DNA of 38,815 nucleotides from Hydrurus foetidus (lineage: Eukaryota): the NCBI GenBank assembly GCA_900617105.1, contig UYFQ01000030.1, positions 1-38,815 of the forward strand. Reading direction: 5' to 3'. Below are positions 32,423 to 38,815 of the stretch, piece after piece. The notes under the pieces are model-generated. The model did not search any database, had not been told where the DNA came from, and was given only the letters and a program-made list of their open reading frames with translations. The position numbers and the translations under genes are program-made. Numbering within the stretch: the stretch's first letter is position 1; every line of letters starts with the position of its first letter.

Positions 32423-34894
32423 GAAACGAGTGGTTGCACTCTGCGGAGTCAACCACACGACAAGCAATCGAACCCTGGTCGATGTGGGGTGTCGCCAGGT
32501 GAGGGTGAGGGGCCAGGGTATGATGAGATGCACGATGAGAGGAGTGCCACAGCGTCTGCCCACATGCAGGCGCCCGGGACAGAAGAGGTGAGGAGGAGGC
32601 CTCGCGTGATGTTAGCCTACATGCAAACATCGGAGAGTAATCATTCGAGGAGGAGGTCCGACGAGGAGTTCGCCCACCTGCGAACACCCTTTGGACAAAC
32701 AGTGAGAGCGACATCCGATTCAACGGCTGCCTACATGCAGCCCTCGGAGGAATGCCAGAAAGCGACTGCTGCGGATATAGTGCCCGCCTACATGCGGTCA
32801 TCGGAGCAAGAGCATGGGGTCATCAGCGTAGCTGCGATCTCCACAAAAGAGATTATGGCCACAATAGCTTCGTACTTTGCACCTGGCGAACTATTTCCGG
32901 TGTCAGAGCTGTTAGAAACCGTCAGAGAGGCGCAGGAGATAGCGGATACAAACTACGGTGTCGTAGAAGCCGTGGAGTGGGCAGAAGGGTACGAGTTCCC
33001 GAAGGAGATGCTAGCGAAGGATCTGCTTTCATTTGAGGATGCTAACTGGGATCTCTCTGCAATGGTTAAGAGAAGGTTAGAGGCGCTCCAATCGAGTCGA
33101 CTCAGTCTGGAACGGATAAGAGAGGTGTCAGTTGATAACCCGGAGAAGGACCTGTTGTGCGACCTAGCCGTTGGAATGCGGGTGCCGCTACCGGTCGGCT
33201 TCATACCGAATGGCACAGGGGTGCTCACACCACTTCGCGCCTCATACCTGAAGGTCCATCAAGCGGTCAATAAGATGGTGGGCGAGACCGTATCGCGAGG
33301 TTTAGGGTTCTTGTTACCTAAGGAACTTGCCATCAAGACCATCCCGAGACTACACCTCTGCACAGCGCACTGGACGCAAAAGAGAGGCAAGAAATCCGGG
33401 AGGCCGATAGGTGACATGACCTACGTAGACGGTACGGCGCTGAACACTGACGAGACGACAAAAGTAGCGGAGGACATCTATGGACCGATTGACCATCCGA
33501 CTATCGAAGACATTGCACTTATGATACTCAGCTTCTTCGCGGAGTACGGTGCGAACCAGTCTAGGAAGGAATGGAGCGATTTACGAATATGGAAAATGGA
33601 TCTGAAGGGTGCATATACCCTCCTGTCATTTCGACCAGATGATGTCAGCCTTTTTGGAATGGAAGTGACGGGTGACCTTATCTACTTACAGCTCTGCGGC
33701 ATATTTGGTTGGTCCTGCACACCAGCGGCGTTCCAAGTAGTGACGAGAGCACTGAAATGGGAGTTCACCAAGGCGCTCAAGAGCTCTACAGAGATGTACG
33801 TAGATGATATCATAGGTGTGTGCTTCAAGACGGACCTGGTATCAGATATGGAGCGTGCGAAGGATATCTGCACTAGTCTTCTAGGACCCAATGCAGTCGC
33901 TGACGAGAAGTCTGAGACGGGAACGCGACTCGAAGTGATCGGGTACACAATCGACCTTGACCGAAGTCTCGTGTCTATAGCGCGGATGAATTTTCTCACC
34001 GCGGTCCATGGCTTCATGGCTATCGACCTCAGCGGTAAAACCAATCTGCGGACCATCCAGAAGCTGGCATCATGGGGTAGTCGGTATGGACGAGTTTGCC
34101 GACTGATGCGACCGTTCTGCGCAGCGTTGAATAGGGCGATAGCGGGTAGACTCGATCGCCACGCGACTTTCACCCTCTCGGAAGAAAGTCGAATAGCAAT
34201 CAGGTGCTGGAGAGCGATTTTATTCCTTGTTCGCTTCAATGAAGAGCGCTTTACCCGCACAATCACTTCATTTCGAAGTGATGCCGCGGAGTACATCGTA
34301 GAGTCTGATGCGTCACTGCATGGCGCAGGCTGCCTGATCTATCGAAGGGACCGCACGTCGGAGGTGTGTGTGGGGGCCAGTGCGGTAGATCTCCGACACC
34401 TCGCTTTCACGACAGAGTCGAAATTCCAGAACGTGTGCGAGTTCATCGGGTCAATTGTAGGGATACTGGGTTTGGTGAGATTAGGGGTGAGGGGTGTAGA
34501 CATCGAAATTCGCGGAGATAGTATGTCTGCACTCACATGGGCACAGAAAGAGAGAACCCGAGGGAGTCAAGTGACAAATGCAGCGATGGTATACACCCTT
34601 GTATGTGTGTCGTACGGCATCGAAGCGAAATCTGCGACGCATATCTCAGGGGAAGGGAAATTTCGCTGTGACCAGCTGTCCCGAATATCCGAGTCGGGAA
34701 AGACGGTTGAAGGGGTTCTACTGGGGCTAGGGTTGGAAGGGGTCCAGAACCTAATGTTGGAGGAGGACAGTCGGGTGATGCAGCTCATAGAGTGCTGTCG
34801 CCCAAGCGAACCATTCGAAAATGAAGGAAACTTTATATCATTCTGGCATAAGATTGTTGAGGCAATAGCCTTATTCCCATCTGCATCGCTCTAA
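32423..34894 (+). CDS. Ngaro reverse transcriptase + RNase H, in frame with ORF1 after TAG
   Basis: KMDLKGAY, IFGWSCTPAAF, MYVDDIIG, VIGYTID, ESDASLHGAG, IRGDSMSAL, CDQLSR. Confidence 0.93.
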   Translation, partial: ETSGCTLRSQPHDKQSNPGRCGVSPGEGEGPGYDEMHDERSATASAHMQAPGTEEVRRRPRVMLAYMQTSESNHSRRRSDEEFAHLRTPFGQTVRATSDSTAAYMQPSEECQKATAADIVPAYMRSSEQEHGVISVAAISTKEIMATIASYFAPGELFPVSELLETVREAQEIADTNYGVVEAVEWAEGYEFPKEMLAKDLLSFEDANWDLSAMVKRRLEALQSSRLSLERIREVSVDNPEKDLLCDLAVGMRVPLPVGFIPNGTGVLTPLRASYLKVHQAVNKMVGETVSRGLGFLLPKELAIKTIPRLHLCTAHWTQKRGKKSGRPIGDMTYVDGTALNTDETTKVAEDIYGPIDHPTIEDIALMILSFFAEYGANQSRKEWSDLRIWKMDLKGAYTLLSFRPDDVSLFGMEVTGDLIYLQLCGIFGWSCTPAAFQVVTRALKWEFTKALKSSTEMYVDDIIGVCFKTDLVSDMERAKDICTSLLGPNAVADEKSETGTRLEVIGYTIDLDRSLVSIARMNFLTAVHGFMAIDLSGKTNLRTIQKLASWGSRYGRVCRLMRPFCAALNRAIAGRLDRHATFTLSEESRIAIRCWRAILFLVRFNEERFTRTITSFRSDAAEYIVESDASLHGAGCLIYRRDRTSEVCVGASAVDLRHLAFTTESKFQNVCEFIGSIVGILGLVRLGVRGVDIEIRGDSMSALTWAQKERTRGSQVTNAAMVYTLVCVSYGIEAKSATHISGEGKFRCDQLSRISESGKTVEGVLLGLGLEGVQNLMLEEDSRVMQLIECCRPSEPFENEGNFISFWHKIVEAIALFPSASL

Positions 34895-34960
34895 TATCCT
34901 CACCTGCCGGAATCTTGTATTCTTTATTCCCCTCTAGGGATACTGCGCCAGTTACCTGAG

Positions 34961-36121
34961 TTGAGCAGGGCAGGAGTGGGATCGTTCGTGGCGCAGTCGG
35001 TCACCGCGGCTACAACAAAGGCATACGAAGGACACTGGCTCAAGTGGTGCAGGTTCCTGTATGAGGACCTCGACACAGAGGATCCACTACTGGGAGAATG
35101 GTTGGAGGAAGATAAACCGGCCATAGTCGGCCTCTTTCTTCAACAACGCTACGACGAGGGGATGCGGGGTAAGCAGGCCACCTCAGTGACGGCAGGGATC
35201 CGACAGAAGTTCGTCACGGCGCTTCAGTCAACTGCTTTCTTCGACTCTCCGGTAGTAACTGCGGCACGGACGGCATGTCGTATGAGCACTAAAGAATTGC
35301 GTGCGAAAAAAGATGAAGGACCCAAAGGGAATGTAAAGCTGCCCCTGTGCGAGAGCTTACTCAGGGACATGAGGGTTAAGCTCTGGGCAGGCAGAGGATG
35401 GGGGCGAGAGGATATCGATAGCAGAATGACTTACATAGGGTGCATGTGGGGTTACGACATGGACGCTAGGATATCCGAGTACACCGCCCATGAGGTGGGA
35501 GCGGAAGATCACTGCGTAAGGTGCAGCGATTTGATATTTGGGGTCGAAGGCGCTACGGAGAGCCACCAGGTGGGGGGCGGGGCGTCCTTTTTCAGGGATC
35601 TTAGGGAGGGTAGAGTATCAGCCTCAAACGTACTGGGGTTTCGAGTACTTACTGCGTCACAGAAAACAGGAGCACCCGTGAAGGCCAAAATCGTGGGCAG
35701 GCGATCAGCGGAGGAGAGTCAATTTTTGGACGACCTGGTAACATTCATGGCCTTCTCAAAGGTCTTACCAGGAGATGAGCTGTTCTGTCGGTATCTAGAG
35801 CGACAGTCAGACAGAAAACGGCTTCAAGGTAGGATGGTGAGAGAGGCAGTAAAGGGAGTGTGTAGCGATGCTGGGCTACCGGCAGACTACTTTTCTTCCC
35901 ATTCTCTTCGAAAAGCAGCGACAACGCAGATGAGAGCCATGGGGGTTTCGCAGCTGGACATGATCGATAGAGGGAACTACGTCGAAGGGTCGAAGGTCAT
36001 GAGGGCTGTTTATGACTACTCTGCGGGAGGTCATGGTCCACTGTCATCGAACTCTCTGATCGGGGGTACTCAACCCAGTACGGACGATGTGAGAAGCTGG
36101 CTGCCCTATGGTGCAGTGTGA
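34961..36121 (+). CDS. Tyrosine recombinase (start uncertain)
   Basis: DARISEY (R), SQKT (K), SHSLRKAA (HxxR), RGNY, VYDY (Y); N-terminal TTKAYEGHWLKWCRF. Confidence 0.92.
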   Translation: MSRAGVGSFVAQSVTAATTKAYEGHWLKWCRFLYEDLDTEDPLLGEWLEEDKPAIVGLFLQQRYDEGMRGKQATSVTAGIRQKFVTALQSTAFFDSPVVTAARTACRMSTKELRAKKDEGPKGNVKLPLCESLLRDMRVKLWAGRGWGREDIDSRMTYIGCMWGYDMDARISEYTAHEVGAEDHCVRCSDLIFGVEGATESHQVGGGASFFRDLREGRVSASNVLGFRVLTASQKTGAPVKAKIVGRRSAEESQFLDDLVTFMAFSKVLPGDELFCRYLERQSDRKRLQGRMVREAVKGVCSDAGLPADYFSSHSLRKAATTQMRAMGVSQLDMIDRGNYVEGSKVMRAVYDYSAGGHGPLSSNSLIGGTQPSTDDVRSWLPYGAV

Positions 36122-36148
36122 GTATTGCTATCAGTCCTTCGGGGGTGT

Positions 36149-36461
36149 GGGGGGAAGGAGCCATAACAATCCACATCGGGAACCTTCTAGAAGAAGGAGA
36201 TACTTTCCCCGTGCTCACAAGAGCGAACCCCAATGTAAGATAACAAAACACGTTGCATAAGTGACTAAGTCAACCTAGGTGGTGCGCACGTACGCGTAAG
36301 TACTGCGCAGAGTCTAGGTACGGGTTTTGGGAGTTAAATAAGAGGTCGGGTACGTGCGCGGTTGGTGGTGTACATACTCAGTGCTGAGTTTGGGGACCGT
36401 GGGTCAACCGTACTTACGCGAACGTACAAATAAAGATAGTGGAAAGCTTTTGGGAATAGAA
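36149..36461 (+). repeat. Ngaro repeat B1; first 109 bp verified against B2, remainder inferred
   Basis: 36149-36257 matches 36759-36867 with 1 mismatch. Confidence 0.8.
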
Positions 36462-36690
36462 TCTGAAGGTGGGAGTAGTGAGCGGATCCCAACATGGGTT
36501 CTCTGGACTGTAGAGAAGATTTCCAAGTCGTGAAATTCCTGGACCTCGCTGTGATTTTCATTTTGAAACCTGAACTTCGCACAAGCGTGCAGCACTGAAT
36601 TGCGTACCTGCCAATACTGTAGCCTAGAATGCAGCATACTGAATTGCACAATTCGTGAATACTGCGGTGCCAAGTACCGAGCTTTTTTCA
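36462..36690 (+). repeat. Ngaro repeat A2
   Basis: Copy of 30004-30232. Confidence 0.95.
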
Positions 36691-36758
36691 TACCCCGTAG
36701 CCAGCCATGCCTATCATTTTACCTAACATTTTGATTATCTGACCACTCACGTGATCAC

Positions 36759-36867
36759 GGGGGGAAGGAGCCATAACAATCCACATCGGGAACATTCTAG
36801 AAGAAGGAGATACTTTCCCCGTGCTCACAAGAGCGAACCCCAATGTAAGATAACAAAACACGTTGCA
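36759..36867 (+). repeat. Ngaro repeat B2, truncated by F insertion
   Basis: Copy of 36149-36257, ends at F's TGTAGCC. Confidence 0.92.
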
Positions 36868-38815
36868 TGTAGCCTTATTGCATTCCTAAGGGGATACAAT
36901 GTGTCTAGGTTAACTAGGTACAATAGGTATATTACGCTCAGATTCCACTTTTAGGTCTTAGTTCCACATATGACGTGAATGCACTTTAGCGTACACATCA
37001 CTTGTATTTACTCAACTGTAAGATACTAACACAAGTTTATTCCACCGATCCTTGCTTTCCTTGCCCACTGCTTGCAACAACCTTCAACCAACATCAGCTC
37101 CAACGTCCTAGGCCCCGCCCGAGACCACAATATCGATATTCGGTCGATACCGAAGCTTTATTCTTCGTGAGAAGTTCGTTTCTCCGCTCCATCAATTGTA
37201 AATCCATCACCTAATTCCGACAGTCGAAGACAATGGCTCTCCGACGCCAGGACAAGAAGGATTAGCACCATCAACTCCCTTCGCCGACAACGACAGCCTC
37301 CTAGAGCTGTCGCCGTCGCCTTCCGACAACGTTACGAGGAGCACCACAATCGTGGAGAGATATCGAGTCTCCTGGGCCACCTGCGGCTCAGGACCCCGCC
37401 GGCGACCTGTCTGCACCGATTCCTTAGCGGAATTCGGAGCCTGCGGTCTCATCTGTCATTGATGTTCCTGTTTTATCTGCTTTATCCGCTCTAACGTTAT
37501 CACCAGTTTCGACTGCGACACCAGCTTCGGCTGAGATACCAGCTTCGGCTGCGACACCAGATTCGTCTGCGACACCAGCTTCGGCTGAGATTCCTCGTTC
37601 GATGGCACCACCTCAGCACTATGTGCAAACGGGTGAGAGAGCTCCTAAGTTGAGCGCCGTGCCCTCTCGTCAGGAAGTACTACGGGTAATGGAGGTCCTC
37701 CTTTCAAATGGAACTCCATTTAAACCAGTTGATGTAATCCATGTTTCCAACCATCAATCGTTTACAACGCTTCTCAAGCGTAAGTTTGCAACTGATCCCG
37801 ATCGTCGCGACTCCTGTAACAATTGGAAACATTGGTCGAATCAATTGTTCTGTAGAGAACTCAATCTCACAGTTCCTACATCAGCTGTCAATCGAACTGA
37901 CAAGCTGAGTTTCATTGAAACTGTCTCTCAGGTCGCACTTCAATTCGACCTGAAGGATAAATCAGTGGAAGACAAGACAGATCAGCTTTTAGCTGATATT
38001 GTTGATGGATTCCCTGATGCAACACCCGCTCTCCAACTTCAGGCAACCAAAATTCTCATCGATAAGTTGCCTGTCGAACCTATCAATTGGAGAGCAGTGT
38101 TACAGCGTAGTCTTAACAATACAACGCCAAGACTCATTACAATCGAAGACTTTCGATTCGTATGGCTTGCGCAGCTTGCTAAGCTACGAGAATCAATTGA
38201 TGCCTTACGGTTCATTGATGTCTCTCCTTTGTATGGTGATCACTCTCGCCAAATCAAAGCTCCTCCTCGTTCCTCTCATGACAAAATCAAAAAACGTCCA
38301 CGAGAGAGCGAACAATCAGTGCAATCAGACAAGTCTGACAAATTCGAAAGACCTCTGTGCACAGGTTGTGGGAGACTCGGCCATTTTGTCGCCACGTGTT
38401 TCTACACTACGTCTCCGTACTATAACAGTACAGACTCACCCTATATCAACTCTGAGGGTCATAAGCAGTTGTTGAAAGTCGATTCAAAGGCTAAGTTTAT
38501 TCCAACTTTACCTAAGACATCGACCTCTTCTTCATCGTCTTCCTCTTCTTCTTCCGCTTCGGCAAAACCTATCGTCTTCCTCTTCTTCTTCCGCTTCGGC
38601 AAAACCTGCTACTTCAACAGCAGACTCGACGCACGCTGCGAAGAAAACAAAGGTGAGCAACTATGCAACCTAAATTCATCATCTATTCTTTCCGATGATC
38701 CAGAACTTATTCCTTTCTTCGTATCTCCCCTCTCACAGGAGGTTATGTTGGGAAAAAGTAATAGAGTCTTTACTCTCCTGGACACCGGCTCTTTTGCTGG
38801 CAACTTTATACATCA
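36868..38815 (+). mobile_element. Element F: 5' part of a C-family Gypsy element (LTR 36868-37129, gag, start of protease)
   Basis: 262-bp LTR homologous to C; gag near-identical to C; LLDTGSFAGNFI at window end. Confidence 0.94.
37602..38815 (+). CDS. gag: F Gag-Pol, open to the window edge (start uncertain)
   Basis: MAPPQHYVQTGERAPK.. CCHC knuckle .. protease DTG; contains 37-bp tandem duplication 38534-38607. Confidence 0.82.
   Translation, partial: MAPPQHYVQTGERAPKLSAVPSRQEVLRVMEVLLSNGTPFKPVDVIHVSNHQSFTTLLKRKFATDPDRRDSCNNWKHWSNQLFCRELNLTVPTSAVNRTDKLSFIETVSQVALQFDLKDKSVEDKTDQLLADIVDGFPDATPALQLQATKILIDKLPVEPINWRAVLQRSLNNTTPRLITIEDFRFVWLAQLAKLRESIDALRFIDVSPLYGDHSRQIKAPPRSSHDKIKKRPRESEQSVQSDKSDKFERPLCTGCGRLGHFVATCFYTTSPYYNSTDSPYINSEGHKQLLKVDSKAKFIPTLPKTSTSSSSSSSSSSASAKPIVFLFFFRFGKTCYFNSRLDARCEENKGEQLCNLNSSSILSDDPELIPFFVSPLSQEVMLGKSNRVFTLLDTGSFAGNFIH

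Larger units (their letters stand above)
30004..36867 (+). mobile_element. Ngaro-type tyrosine-recombinase (DIRS-order) retrotransposon with split direct repeats A1..B1-A2..B2; 3' end interrupted by F
   Basis: gag-like, RT/RNase H and YR ORFs; no methyltransferase visible; repeat arrangement. Confidence 0.92.

Noticed and set aside
32420..34894. Alternative genetic code explaining in-frame stops
   Set aside because: TAA, TAG and TGA all end well-defined ORFs elsewhere, and long ORFs contain no internal stops

Overview
Eukaryotic transposon nest with no recognisable host genes. It holds six Ty3/Gypsy LTR retrotransposons; the four whose integrase lies in the window carry a chromodomain. They are A (1-11751, 5' end outside the window), B (3439-11176, complete, identical LTRs), C (14057-19249, complete but protease-deleted), D (11752-24649, degenerate), E (24650-27176, minus strand, degenerate) and F (36868-end). 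Also present are a Mutator/MULE DNA transposon in D's 3' LTR, an Ngaro-type tyrosine-recombinase retrotransposon with split direct repeats, a probable non-autonomous TIR element, and two copies of a small tRNA-derived fold-back element with TG..CA ends and 4-bp TSDs. Nesting reaches four levels (E>D>A>B). Main observations: (1) every visible 5' LTR is followed by a perfect 12-nt palindrome instead of a tRNA primer-binding site, with a different sequence in each of three families; (2) four elements share a short phase-1 GT-AG intron at the gag/protease junction whose removal would end Gag before the protease; (3) young element B has an IFDN RT motif, TG..TA ends, a CCCH finger, a readthrough-type gag stop and an antisense papain-fold-like ORF; (4) the mini-element is a head-to-head pair of tRNA-like Pol III units with Gypsy-like integrase ends. 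All calls are by eye; no searches were run.
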